Below, in pieces: positions 39,016 to 52,744 of a stretch of DNA of 64,000 nucleotides. Under the pieces are notes generated by a model that did not search any database, was not told the origin of the DNA, and saw only the letters and a list, made by a program, of their open reading frames with translations. Each line of letters starts with the position of its first letter. Position 1 is the stretch's first letter. Source of the DNA: Octopus vulgaris (taxonomy: Eukaryota); assembly GCA_951406725.2 (NCBI GenBank), contig OX597837.1, positions 14,880,001 to 14,944,000 of the forward strand, read 5' to 3'. Both the position numbers and the translations under genes were made by a program.

Positions 39016-41029
39016 ACATACAATTGTTACAATCAGGACTAAACTATGGCCAAATGACAACATGAAGGTTGGGTCTATTTTTAGTTTCTTTTGTGTTAGA
39101 TGACTAATCTGGGATGTCAACCTGTCACAGGTAACTTTATCTTTAAGGTTGGATGGGAGTAAGAGCAATCACTTTTCAATTTTACATTGCAACAGCAGTG
39201 AGTTGCACCATTGCTTGAAACAACAAGGGAGCCTTTATGCAATCTCTGAGCCAGCTAGAAATAGCAGCCAAATTGCCCTCAAATCATAACTTTCTGTCTT
39301 AAGCAGAGGATACACTGAACAATGTAATGCCTGATACACAAAAAAAAACAAGACAACCATGACTAAAATGTTTTGATGCTAAATCTATTTGATTAGATCT
39401 GATGTGGCACAACCTCTACCACCACCACCACTTGTTAGTAGTTGCTTAGATTGACCAACTGAATATTAAGTGTAATTTATCCGATGAATTAAGCTTGCAT
39501 CATGTTAAATTTCCTGTAGATAATCAGTGACAAAAGCTATATGCGTAGATGTAAGTTTAACAAACATTATTTGACCAATACAATAGAATGTCTAAAACTG
39601 TGATCCCAACAAAATGAATCATTTGTCTGGCATCATAGAATGCTTCTATCTATAAACTCAACCATTTGTAAGCTCAATATTACAAATAACCTGACTGGCT
39701 CAAAAGATTATCTGCAAATGGAGGCTCAACTCAGCAGAACAGATCACTTGACTGACATCATACTATATCTGTAATTAAGCTCAATGACAGGCCATTTCAC
39801 TGAAATTCTAGATTATGAATCTAAGCTGGTACAACAGATCCTTTGACCGATACCATGCAAAGTCTGTATCTGTAAACTCAACAACAGATTGTCTGACTGT
39901 AACAATATGTTATCTATAGATCATCATCATCGTTTTAATGTTTGTTTTTCATGCTGGCATGGGTTGGACAGTATGATAAAGAGCTGGCAAGCCAGAGGAC
40001 TGCATGATTCTCTGCTGTCAGTTTATACATGGTTTCTACAGCTGGTTGCCCTTCTTTATGCCAATCACTTTACAGAGCACACATTTATCTATCCATTTTC
40101 CCCATGCTAACATGGTTTGGACAAATTCTTATTGAGTGAGGCATTATTTTGCAACTGGATGTCCTTCCTGCAAAAAAAAAACTTTTGCCTGTTTTTCAAG
40201 AGATTTGTTTATTCCGCTTGTTTTCAAAAGTGCTAACTTTCAGGACAATCTGTTAACTGGGAATGTCAATATAACACCACTGTTTTGCTCAAGTGTGGAA
40301 TGTAAGCACATACACACTTGCACACATACACACATGCACACTTACACACATGCACACACTCATCTGATATGCAAAATATCAAACCGGGTGAATGACAGAT
40401 GTCACACCTACAAAATGAACCAACCAATGAAATTAGATTATTCAGGCTAAATAGAAACACAGTTCAGCTCCAGTATGGCCAAAACCTCATTATCTAAATC
40501 TTATAACAATTTAGAAGCAGCGGCAGGTAGAAGAGGTAAATCCAACACAATGTAACTCGTTAACCTCTGAAAATGTTCTAATCCCGTTTTTGTTTTTTTA
40601 TCTTTTTCTTGTTTCAGTCTTTGGACTGTGGCCATGCTGGGGCACCAACCTAAAGGGTTTAGTTGAACAAAATGGAACCCCTGAACTTTTTTTTTTTAAA
40701 TCTGGTACTTATCTTTCTCTTTGCTCAACTGCTAAGTTATGTGGATGTAAACAAACCAACACCAGTTGTCAGTTGGTAGCAGTGATGGGGAAACACAAGC
40801 ATGTGCGTACACACACACACACACTGTCAGGATTCCATATAGCTTCCTCCTATCAATGTCACTCACAAGGCATTGGTCAGCCTGGTGTCATACACACTCA
40901 TACACTTCAATATAACCATGGCCATCACCTAGAAACAAGTATAACCGGGTACTTGTTTTAGGTGCCTATGTAGTTGCAAGCAGACATGAACACCCTCTTG
41001 TCCCCTTCAAACCCTTTGACCCCATAAAG

Positions 41030-41398
41030 CAGTGGTTCCCAACACTTTTGTTTAAATGAGTTTTCCCACAGACCCCTTTTAATATGCTTATCATCATCAT
41101 CTAGTGTCCGCTTTCCATGCTAGCATGGGTTGGACGGTTCAACTGGGGTCTGTGAAGCCAGAAGGCTGCATCAGGCCCAGTCTGATCTGGCAGTGTTTTT
41201 ACAGCTGGATGCCCTTCCTAACGCCAACCACTCCATGAGTGTAGTGGGTGCTTTTTATGTGCCACCCGCACAGGTGCCAGACGGAGCTGGCAAACGGTCA
41301 CGAACAGATGGTGCTTTTACGTGCCACCGGCACGAGGGCCAGGCGAGGCTGTATGAAATTTTGAATTTAGCTTACGGACCCCAGGCTGGGAACCCCTG
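41030..41398. mobile_element. hAT (Charlie-like) MITE with a nested family C tail (41091-41348, -)
   Basis: TIRs CAGTGGTTCCCAAC / GCTGGGAACCCCTG; flanks CCATAAAG / CCATAGAA (6/8 match). Confidence 0.75.
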
Positions 41399-41734
41399 CC
41401 ATAGAACATCAAGGATGTGACAACTGGAGGGAGAAAGGGTTTCACAAGCACTCAGCTGGGACTCATTTCAGCTGAGTAAACTGGAACGCTGTGAAATGAA
41501 GAGCATTGCTCAAGAACATAACACATCACTCAGCATTGGTATTGAACCCACAACCTGACACTTTAACCACAAGGCCACACAAAATACAGTGATACATAAC
41601 AATAAAGGTAATTGTACTTAAGCTTTTTATAAACCCATCCAAGGCCAGTCTCCTAAGAGATTGTTATTACTTTATACTTTTGTCACTTGACTAAAGGTAC
41701 TTAACAACTTAGCTGAGAGAGAGGTTCAAATCTT

Positions 41735-41952
41735 ATTTCTTTATTGCCCACAAGGGGCTAAACACAGAGGGGACAAACAAGGACAGACAAACAGATTAAG
41801 TTGATTACATCGATCCGAGTGCGTAGCTGGTACTTATTTAATCAACCCCGAAAGGATGAAAGGCAAAGTCGACCTAGGTGGAATTTGACTCAGAACATAA
41901 CGGCAGACGAAATACCACTAAGCATTTCGCCCGGCGTGCTAGCATTTCTACC
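41735..41952 (-). mobile_element. SINE family A with 13-bp TSD
   Basis: TSD AGGTTCAAATCTT at 41722-41734 and 41953-41965. Confidence 0.9.
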
Positions 41953-43047
41953 AGGTTCAAATCTTGCCATAGGCAATGCTTTATACCCTTGGGTAATGCA
42001 TTTGAATATTCTTACTTCAATGAATGTAATTAAAAGCTAGACACTGCTCCTGTTTTGCTAGACTTGTCTCTATTTTATAAATAATTATTGATTTTTTTTT
42101 CTCGTTAAAGATCCTCAATTACTTTTGCCAGTGCTCGTCTGCGTACACGTGTATGGGGGTTGGGAAGCAAGGGGATATGGCTCTCTTAAATTTTAACATA
42201 AATACCTGTTTCTTTTTGACGAGTTTCCATGGTATCAATAGCATGCGTTTCATGAACGTGTAATTACAACTAATGACAAGGTGCTATTAGTGGTAATTAA
42301 AGACAAATTTTTTTTCAAGATGGCTGAGCATGATTTCAAGACCTATTTGATTTCTATTTCTTGCAGGTTAAGTGCCTAATTAGTAGATTCCTCATTAACT
42401 TGACGATAATCAGATAATTGTTGTTGATGCTTTTCTTAGGCCTCAGTTGGTCAGCATTAAACATGTATCTGTACATTTATGTGCAACCATGGACAATTTT
42501 TTTTGGAGGAATGCTAACATTTTCCATATAATGCAAGTCTCCCCTTTTCCATATTACCTGCTTTTATCCAAACTGGGGTCAACACAGCTTGGCATCAAAT
42601 GAATTGCAAGCATTCCTGTCAGAATGCAAAGAATTGAAACAGATAACGCATGGCATTCTACCATCCACTGCCCCTGGTTGGTACTTTTTTATATCAACTC
42701 CAAATGAATGGAAAGCAAAGTTGATGGCAGTAGGATTTGAACTCAGGGTACAAGGAGTCAGAGTGGGGCTTAGAAGTTTGCTCCCAAGAATGAGGTTTGG
42801 GGTTTAGTCTTACTGTGTGGCTCCTAGGATAAGTGTCTTCTGCTATTGCCCTCAGGACAACCAAAACCTTGTGAGTGGATTATTTGGCAGATGGAAACTG
42901 AAAGGAATTTATGTATGTATATATGTATGTACGTTCTTATGTATATATGTAAATCCAAAAAACCAAGAACAAACACAAGAAGAAAAAAACGTGAGGACAT
43001 GGTACATGCAAAGTATTAGCAGACGCTCAGGGAATGAAAGAAAGGTG

Positions 43048-43082
43048 GTTTTACATTTCGAGCAAAGCTCTTCATCAGAAAC
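43048..43082 (-). ncRNA. Minimal type I hammerhead ribozyme motif within a Penelope-like repeat (about 42955-43146)
   Basis: Minus strand: GTTT-CTGATGA-A-GAGC-TTT-GCTC-GAAA-TG-TA-AAAC. Stems I and II pair and the core nucleotides are present. Confidence 0.65.
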
Positions 43083-43275
43083 AAGAGCTGGAGGAAAGTC
43101 CAAGAGAAAAGGAAGACATAGGGAAAAAAATCACCAATGATCCACATGTATGTATGTATGTGCATGCATACATGTAATTATTTTTTCTAAATATTCCTAT
43201 CAACAGCCTAATTCAATTAACAGACTACTGTATTAGCTTCTGTTATTTATAGCGCTGTGGACCATGCTATAAGTC

Positions 43276-43439
43276 CAGTGGTTGCCAACCTTTTCACTAC
43301 CAAGAACCCCTTTTATTTAAATGAGTTTTCCCATGGACCCAGGATATTGAAAGGTCTGTCAGCTTTACATGTTCATGGACCCTCAGCACTACCTTTGTGG
43401 GCCACCAGGGATCTGTGGACCACAGGTTAGGAACCACTG
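43276..43439. mobile_element. hAT (Charlie-like) MITE, same family as 41030
   Basis: TIRs CAGTGGTTGCCAACC / GGTTAGGAACCACTG; shared TTTAAATGAGTTTTCCCA; degenerate TSD. Confidence 0.75.
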
Positions 43440-43744
43440 CTGTAGTCAGTCAGTCTGTTAATGGCATTAAGTATAGCAGTCGGAACCTTGGTAAGGCTTA
43501 AGACTGTAATATCCATGGGTGGGGAACATAATCAAATGCCTTCTCATGGTCTAGCAATGCAATCAACAGGTTCCAGTGATGCTGTTTAGCTTCCTTGAGG
43601 ACAGCTTTGTTGATGAGGAGCTGTTTGGCACAACCCTTGACATCTTTCTTTCCTCCTGCCTGTTTGTCCAGTGATCATGGACAGTTGGACTGTATAATAA
43701 AATGCAAGGAAAACAGAAAGTTCCCATACCACCAGAAAATAGCA

Positions 43745-44170
43745 AAAAATACTGAAGAGCAAGCTAACTGCCCTTAAACACAAACTGCGAGTGATGAGTA
43801 AGAAATTTTAGTATCTTAAAAGATTTCTAACGTGTAGGATGATCATGCGATTAAGCCTGCACTGAATCGCATAAAAGACCAGATAAGCAAGATCGAAAAA
43901 GCCCCTTCCCAGGAAGATCTGGAATCATTCTGGAGAGGGATCTGGAATGTAAACAAACATGACAACCGTGATGCAAAGTGGTTGAGTGAACTACAGACTG
44001 AGTACTGTGCAAATCTCTTTTCCAAAATCTATAAAATCAACAGTGAAACTCTCTTCATGATTGTTGCAAAATTTCCGAATGGAAAGTTTCCTAGGAGAGT
44101 CTTGATAGTAAGTTATTGATACAAAAAACCCACATTCTACAGGTCAATACTTGTTAACTTCTTTAATTAG
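43745..44170 (+). mobile_element. Decayed Dong/R4-clade LINE ORF fragment (region before the RT core)
   Basis: Frame from 43838: APSQEDLESFWRGIWNVNKHDNRDAKWLSEL...KFPNGKFPRRVLIVSY*YKK, resembling the R4/Dong pattern P...FW..IW....N..A.W and K..NWK.PG.D.I..YW.K. Confidence 0.65.
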
Positions 44171-44528
44171 GCATAGGAGTGGCTGTGTGGTAAGTAGCTG
44201 CATGGCACCTTGGGCAAGTATCTTCTACTATAGCCTCAGGCCGACCAAAGCCTTGTGAGTGGATTTGGTAGACAGAAACTGAAAGAAGCACATCGTATAT
44301 ATTTGTGTTTGTGTGTGTGTGTGTTTGTCACCCCAACATCACGTTACAACCGATGCTGGTATGTTTACGTCCCTGTAACTTAGCGGTTCGGCAAAAGAGA
44401 CCGATAGAATAAGTACTAGGCTTACAAAGAATAAGTCATGGGGTTGATTTGCTCGACTAAAGGCGATGCTCCAGCATGGCCACAGTCAAATGATTGAAAC
44501 GAGTAAAAAGAGTAAAAAAACGGAGTAA
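44170..44528 (+). mobile_element. SINE family B with a deletion in the head
   Basis: Match to other family B copies; GAGTAAAAA tail. Confidence 0.85.
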
Positions 44529-45139
44529 TTACAAAATTCTTATTGAAACTGAATCTAAATTAATCATTCCCAGCCAGAGGATGGTAATGAAATATTTTGC
44601 TTTATAACAATAATGGAAACAGAATTTTATTCAAAGAAAATTATGCATAAAAGTTCAAAATGGCTCTAAGGACTCTACCATAATTGAATTAATACACTGC
44701 AATTATAATTGTCAAAAAAGGGACAATAAAATAAGTGTACATACAGTGTATGTGTGTACAAGGACCCTATCATAATTGAATTGTTATTCCCAACATAATA
44801 TCAAAGAACTTGTCAAAGAACATATCTAAGGAAGTTTCATGAGTCACATTCTGTAAAGAACCAGTTTAATCTTGGAAAAGTTAGTTATTTTGTTAAATTC
44901 TCTTCGAGTTCATGATTACTTCAAAAATTAATTGAAGCAAAAATCTACAAAAAAAAAATAATAAATAAATAAAATGGAAAGATACCAAAAACACCAAGCA
45001 TTTCAAAAATAAATAAATAAAAGGAAAATATTTCCTTTTTTTTTTCTTTTTGAGGGTTTTTTTATTGAATGTAACTTGTTGAATGGTTTAGCTTGGTTTC
45101 TCTTTACGTAAAGTTGGTAGGATGAAGTAGGAAGTTGTG

Positions 45140-45497
45140 TTTGTTTCATTCATTGGACTGTGGCCATACTGGGGCACCTACTTGAAGGGTTTAACCAAAA
45201 GCAGATCTACGCTGATACTTACTTTTTAAGCTTCATACTTATTCAGGTGATCTCTTTTGCTGAACCGCTAAGTTACAGGGACATAAATAAACCAACACTT
45301 GTACTCAAGCAGTGGTAGGGGACAAACACAAGGACATGCTCACACACACATGTGTGCACACAACAGGTTTCTTTCAGTTTCCATTTTCCTGATCCACTCA
45401 CAAGGCTCTGGTCAGTCTGTGGCTATTGTAGAAACCATTTACCTTGCCAGAGATACCGTGCAGGGGGACTGAACCTGGAACCATGTGGTTGGGAAGT
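45140..45497 (-). mobile_element. SINE family B, diverged
   Basis: Match to other family B copies. Confidence 0.75.
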
Positions 45498-45971
45498 AAA
45501 AGAAAGTAATTTAAATAAAACATTAATTAATAATTTAATCTTAATTCTTTGTTTGTTAAAATAATACTGGATATTTTGGAATTTAATTATTTATTAATTA
45601 TTTTTTTTTGCACTTAATTCATTAGTTCGTTATTCGTTTATATTAAAATTTGGTTTGAATTCATTCCTTTCTTTAGCAACTTTCACAAACAACTTCAAGA
45701 AAATTTAGGCCCACTTGGCAAATTAAGCGTTTCCTCTCGTCAAGTAAATGTGTGTGTGTGTATACACACTCATGCATATATATATATATATTACACACAT
45801 TACATGCTACACACATGCACATATGTAACACGCATCTACATACATATATATATATACATATATATTATATACACGCATGTCTATATACATATGTGTGTGT
45901 GTATATATATATATACCCTGGTAACTATTTATTTTTTCCGTGTTAATTGTTAACAAGGTAAAAATACACTC

Positions 45972-46017
<46 letters not shown>

Positions 46018-46569
46018 TCATATGTATGAATGTATGTATACATGCTTGTGTGTGTGTGTATATATATATATGTATATATATACACACACACGCATGTACA
46101 TATACATACATATATATATACACCTCCCCCTTTTTCTCTTTTTTAAAAAGCTATATGCTCGCTTGTCATTTAAACAGTTTTACACGAACCTGATTCCACT
46201 CACAGGATCTCTTCTCTGCTTATGTCTCATGCTTATATAATTCCAACAAGAAAAATGAAAGAAAGGGAAGATTATTTCGTTTTACACTAAACACACACTA
46301 AACACACGTGATGTGGAATTCAGCGACAGATTGCCTGTTTCTGCAACTCTGCTAACTCTCCGGTCTGAGTATTAACATTCACCCAAGACAAAGACAGGTA
46401 TGACTCAGCAAATTAATCACACCCTGTTCTCTGAGATTCTACGGGAAGCTGCCAATTCTTGGCATTTTTAGTTTTTCAAAAAAACATGTCTGCTATGATT
46501 TTTTTTTTTCTATTTATATATTTTTTTATTCATATTTTTATGACTACTAATACCACTACTACTACTACT

Positions 46570-47570
46570 GATAATAATAATATTATTGGTTTCAAATTTT
46601 GCCACAAGGGCAGCCATTTGTGGGGAGGGGATGTCAATTACATCTACCCCAATGTTCAACTGTCCTTAATTTATTGACCCCGAAAGGATGAAAGGCAAAG
46701 CTGACCTCGGTGGAAAATAATAATAGTTTGTACTATAGGCACAAGGCCTGGAATTAAAGAGGAGGGTGCGGTGGTAAGTTGATTACATAAGCCCCCAATA
46801 CTTGACTGGTATTTAATTTATTGATCACTACATCCTGAGTTGACGTGCTAATGATTCTGCCAGCTCATCACCTTAATAATAATAATTTCTATTATAGGTA
46901 CAAGGCCTGGAATTTGGTGGGGGTGGTTAAGTTGATTACATCAACCTCAGTACTCAACTGGAACTTAATTTATCAACCCCGAAAGGATGAAAGGCAAAGT
47001 CAACCCTGGCAGAATTTGAACTCAGGACGTAACAACAAACAAAGATCCCGCTAAGCATTTCGCCCAACATGCTAACGATTCTGCCAGCTCACCACTTTAA
47101 TAGTGATAATAATAATAATTCTTTCTAATTTTGGTGCCAGGTTGGCAGTTTTGAGGGCAGGGGGAAGCCAATTTCATCAACCCCTCACTGCTCAACTGAT
47201 AATTATTTAATCAACCTCAAAAGGATGAATGGCAAAGTCAGCCTCGGTAGAATTTGAACTCAGACTGTCGAGAACCACAAGGAATGCTGCTAAGCACTTA
47301 ATCCGACCTTCGAACAAATCTGCCAGATCACCACCTTAATTAATTTCTTCTACTTTAGCTACAAGGCTTTTATTTTTGGCAGAAAGGGGGCTGGTCAATT
47401 ACATCGACCCCAGTACTCAACTGCTACTTATTTTATTGTCCCCACTGAAAGGATAAAAGGCTAAGTCAATCTCAGCAGAATTTGAACCCTGAATGTGAAG
47501 AGCTGAAGAAAAATGTTGCTAAGCATTTTGTCCGACTTGCTAATAACTCTGCCAGCTCCCCACCGCCTAC
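46570..47570 (-). mobile_element. Head-to-tail cluster of 5-6 older family A SINEs separated by (TAA)n
   Basis: GAAAGGATGAAAGGCAAAG-like core at about 46681, 46981, 47220 and 47448, plus partial copies; all in the same orientation. Confidence 0.8.
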
Positions 47571-48805
47571 AACAACTACTACTACTACTACTAATACAAC
47601 AAATAGTAGTAATAATAATAATAGTCATGACTGATGCCTTTATCTTAAAAGCGACAAAGACTGACACAAACACACCTCTTCACTGACACAAACACACCTC
47701 TTCAATGGATGCTTCACTACATAAAAATAATTGTTCTGACTATTAACATTATTTTTTAGAGATGTACAAACATCAATGTTTTGGTGGATAAAAGTGTTAC
47801 TGCTGCCGCCTTTCATCTCGTGAGAGAAAGGCTCCATGCGCAAAAGCCATTCTGGTGCTGTGTTCACACCCATAGATTTCACACCTGATTGGTGTTGATC
47901 AAAGACAAAATCAAACGAAACACAGTGTAGATATTGTCATCATCATCATCATCATCATAGTTGTAGCATCCTCTTTCACATGCTTGCATCAGTCAGACAG
48001 AATTTGATGAGGCAGCAGTAGTAGTTGGATGCTTTTCTTGTCACCAACCTTCACCAGTTTCCAAACATGGTCAGACCCCTTTTTTACAGATTAGAAATGA
48101 GCACTGCTCCTTTACAATTATTGCTTGATGTCAAACCAAGAAGACACACCTCACTCCACACGCACACACACACACACACACACACAAACATTATATATTA
48201 CTCATGTAACTCCCACCTACTCTCACTCTTGGTTCCTCTGTCCCCACTCACTTTTACTCACCTCATACCCTCACAAAACCATATACACTCATATATATAC
48301 ATATATACAATGGGCTTCTTTCAGTTTCCGTCTACCAAATCCACTCACAAGGCTTTGGGCGGCCCAAAGCTATAGTAGAAGACACTTGCTCAAAGTGCCA
48401 TGCAGTGGGACTGAACCCAGAACCATGTGGTTCGTAAGCAAGCTACTTACCACACAGCCACTCCTACACCTGAGCTTTTGCGTAAATTATTTACACAAAA
48501 TGTAAACCAAATGTTGACCTTGCTCAAAAGGTGTCAGTGTGTGAGGACATGCAGAACGAAATGCATCATCATCATCAACATTATTGTTTTAACATCCATT
48601 TTTCCATGCTTGCATGGGTCAGATGAAATTTGTTGAGGTAGGTTTTCTACAGTCAGATGTCCTTCCTGTTGCCAGCCCATACCTGTTTCCAAGCAAGATA
48701 ATATTTCCCCATGACTAGACATGTTTTTCACAGAAGTTTGGAAATGAATGACACACCTTGAATGACAGTGACCCTCAATTATGATGTCAAGACAAGCAAA
48801 CAGTA

Positions 48806-48840
<35 letters not shown>

Positions 48841-50155
48841 TTCTGTCAACCAAATCTACTCACAAGGCTTTGGTCAACCCAAGGATGTAGAAGACACTTG
48901 CTCATGGTACCACACAGTGGGACTGAACCCAAAACCATGTGGTTGGGAAGCAAACTTCTTGCCACTCAGCCACACCTGCACCTCTTGTTTATACATATAT
49001 ATGACAGGCTTCCATACAGTTTCCATCTACAAAATCTCACTAAGAATGTTTTATAATATGAAGAAATTAGCACATTATATTAAATGCATTGAGTTGATAA
49101 TTATTTGAAAGTCGTTAAAACAAAACCAGATTTTTTTATACCATTATATGAAAACAATATCGGGGATGAGAATTGTCAGTCATTTTACTCAATCAATCAA
49201 TAAAATCAATCAATACATACATATACATATACATATACACACACACACTCATAAAACCACTTAACTGCATCTTTTATAAAAGCTGCACACATGCTCACAC
49301 ACACACACACACACACATTATTTGGCAGAATTATTTGAATATCAAATGGAAAAGCCTTGTGGTACTTGTTTTAACTTTCTGCACTGAAAGTTGAAATCCT
49401 GCCAAGGCTAACTTAGCCATTTTATTCTTTCAGGGTTAATAAAGTAAACTAGTCCAGGAGTGTGGAATGGTAGAACTGTGTTAGACGAGAGAGCGACCTC
49501 GCAGCATCTGCTTCAAGTTCAAACTATGTCTGCTATCAATGGGGGGAAGAAAACAAACAAACAAACAAAAGACAGTTCCTTGAAGACCCAGTAAAAATGT
49601 TGAAAGTCTTAAGAAGTTCTTAAGAGAGTGCTTAAGTATTTCAGCTGATCCCTATCAATGTTGGAATACAGATTCTCGAGAGAGAATGCCAGGGGACTTT
49701 CAAGACCTTTGCACTCTCTCTTTTTTTTTTTTTTTTTTCCCCCCCCAACCAAATTTAGCTTCTGTGGACCCACATGTGACTATGTAGCTGAATGTAGGAT
49801 CTACAAGTCTTGGTGCAGACTAAGCATTATTCTCAAAGGGGAAAAGATTCTGTGTTGGTTACTTTGAGCTCCGCATGTTCCTTATTCAGATTGTTGATTC
49901 AAACTGTGTCGGAGCATTGACACAAGTTGAACCCCTCACAGCTTTGCTTGTTATTCAATAAGGATTTCTGCCTCATATATCTGTCTGTCTACCTATTTAT
50001 ATGTTTATATCATCAGCATCATCATTCAACATCCGCTTTCCATGCTGGCATGGGTTGGATGGTTTGACAGGAGCCGACTTCACCATGCTTTGCTGTCTGT
50101 TTTGTCATGGTTTTTGTGGCTGAATGCCTTTCCTAACACCAATGTATGTGTGTGC

Positions 50156-50210
<55 letters not shown>

Positions 50211-50476
50211 CATACACACACACATGACAAGAAAGCGATGAAGATCCTTCTGAAGTCAAAGCAATGTGAATGAAAAAGCCTTAACATTTGACAGAATAAT
50301 CTGGATAATGAAGGGTTAAAGTGAGTTAAATTCCCATGTTTTATCATGTTTGGTGCTGATCCATTTACTAATTGTTGACTCTTGTCACAGCACATCTTTG
50401 CAATTACAGGCTTCGTGCACCAACATCCTAACCCTGACCAGACCACACTAACTCATTCCATCAATTCACTCTAGGC

Positions 50477-50815
50477 CAGGATTTCTCAACTGCTTTTTTT
50501 TTATCTATGCCCCCCCCCCGTTTTGATTACTATTTCATCCTGGTGGGTCCCCAACAGCCATTCGATGTCTAAAAACTAGTTTTATAGAAACTTCTTTCAA
50601 AATTCCTATTTTATTTTTCTCACATCAACCTGTGGAGTTGGTTGGACAATGGAAAATATTAAAGAAACTTGACTGTTTCCTGCAATACATACCAATACAC
50701 ACATCTAATGTAAAATTTTTTCAAGGGCCCTTAAAATACTATTTTGTTGTGTGGACCCCTCCAAAATCTTAAATGGATCCCCAGGGGCCATGTCGATCCT
50801 GGTTGAGAACCACTG
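50477..50815. mobile_element. hAT (Charlie-like) MITE
   Basis: TIRs CAGGATTTCTCAAC / GTTGAGAACCACTG; flanks CTCTAGGC / CCCTAGAC, close to the Charlie target consensus NTCTAGAN. Confidence 0.75.
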
Positions 50816-51145
50816 CCCTAGACTAATGCAATCTACTAAACACTTTTCAGTCACTGTGTCTTCCCTCTGCCTATTTCACCACTACAACAAACTCCATGTC
50901 GTCTGCACCCACCCTCCACCATTGTCCCTTATCTTCTGCAATAATTGCTTCACACAATCCTTCCACCTTGTAATTACAACACTCTGATGTCCCCCCCCCG
51001 CTCCCTGATCCTGCTGGTACTCCACTCTATGGAAGTTTACGCAACTCACAACATTGACCTGTGCTAACCTCACCACACTCTACACACTCTGGTGTGTAGA
51101 AAATTGAATGCATTTGTATGTGTGCGTGTTATATATATATGCGTG

Positions 51146-51187
<42 letters not shown>

Positions 51188-51363
51188 CACAGGAGTGGCT
51201 GTGTGGTAAGTAGCTTTATTCTCTGTCTACTAAATCCACTCTCGAGGCTTTGGTCAGCCTGGAGCTTTAGTAGAAGTCACTAATCCTTGGTACCACACAG
51301 TGGGACTGAACCCAAAATTTTGAGCTTTGCTTGAGAAGCAAACTTTTTAATGACACAGCCACA

Positions 51364-51418
<55 letters not shown>

Positions 51419-52399
51419 TATACACCTTGCTTTGATCACTACTTTATTAGTCAGCCGTAGTGTATCGTGTTGGGGTCAACCAGTCCATCTCTGTCGTTCT
51501 TTGTTCTCGTAGTTATTTTGTGTTTACACCTGGCTTAAATAAACATGTGTGTATTTATAGATAAATCAGTTACATATGTGTCTATGTTTGTCTATGGACT
51601 TTTGTGTATTCACAAATATATAAACATTGAGATATTTTTCTCACTTTGGTGTTTCTAATGAACTCTGGTACTTTCTTTCAAGATTTTCCAGAAGTACAGT
51701 TTACGGGGGTGGATCTTTGTGAGTATTTAAGTCAAATATAGAATGTGGTGTAAGCCAACTTGGGACTGAGCAAAACCACTTCCCAAACTCAGTATGTCCA
51801 TGGAAATGTTCCGAGATTGTAAGAAGTTCCTGGGTGTGAATTTGTCTTCAGTGGATAAAGTGTTGCACAGCCCTGAATGCACCCTGCAGTGCAATCAGCT
51901 GTAAAACCAGTGGCACAAAAGGGGCTGAGATGACCAGAAACCAACAACACTTCAAGGGTGTTGTTTTTTTCTTTTATACAAGTTTACCTTCTCCTGGAAA
52001 GAGGTTCTAAGGAGAACTAAGGGCCCTTCACCCTCAGTAGTTCATATACTGGTTGACCCATAGCTGAGACCCTAACAGATGCTACTTCTCTGGGTCAAAG
52101 TAGACCTAGGAACAATGATGGCTAAGAAGTGGTCCCACTCCCTTCAAAACACTGGAACACCTGCACCTGGGCCCCACTACTGGATGCAGTTTAAAGTCTT
52201 ACTCAGGACACACACACAATTATATTTTTTGTTCACACGCACACACACACAAATTATATTGTTTATTTTACCTTTTACTTGTTTCGGTCATTGAACAAAC
52301 TGGTACTTATTTTTTAAAGTCTGATACATATTCTGTCAGTCTCTTTTGCTGAACTGCTTAATTATGGGGACATAAACAAACTAACACCGGTTAGTATAA

Positions 52400-52630
52400 G
52401 GCGGTGAGCTGGCAGAAACGTTAGCACGCCAGGCGAAATGCCTAGCGGTATTTCGTCTGCCATTAGGTTCTGGGATCAAATTCCACCAAGGTCGACTTTG
52501 CCTTGCATCCTTTCGAGGTCAACAAATTAAGTACCAGTTGAGTAGTTGGGTCGATGTAATCCACTTAATCCCTTTGTCTATCCTTGTTTGTCCACTCTAT
52601 GTTTAGCCCCTTGTGGGTAGTAAAGAAATA
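52400..52630 (+). mobile_element. SINE family A inserted into a minus-strand family B SINE (about 52270-52745)
   Basis: AAACTAACACCRGTT is duplicated on both sides. Confidence 0.85.
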
Positions 52631-52744
52631 ATAAACTAACACCAGTTGTCCACACATGCTGGACTTCCACATATAGTTTGACTCACGAGGCATTGGTAGC
52701 CCAGGGCTATAGTAGAAGACAATTGCCCAAGGTGCCATGCATTG

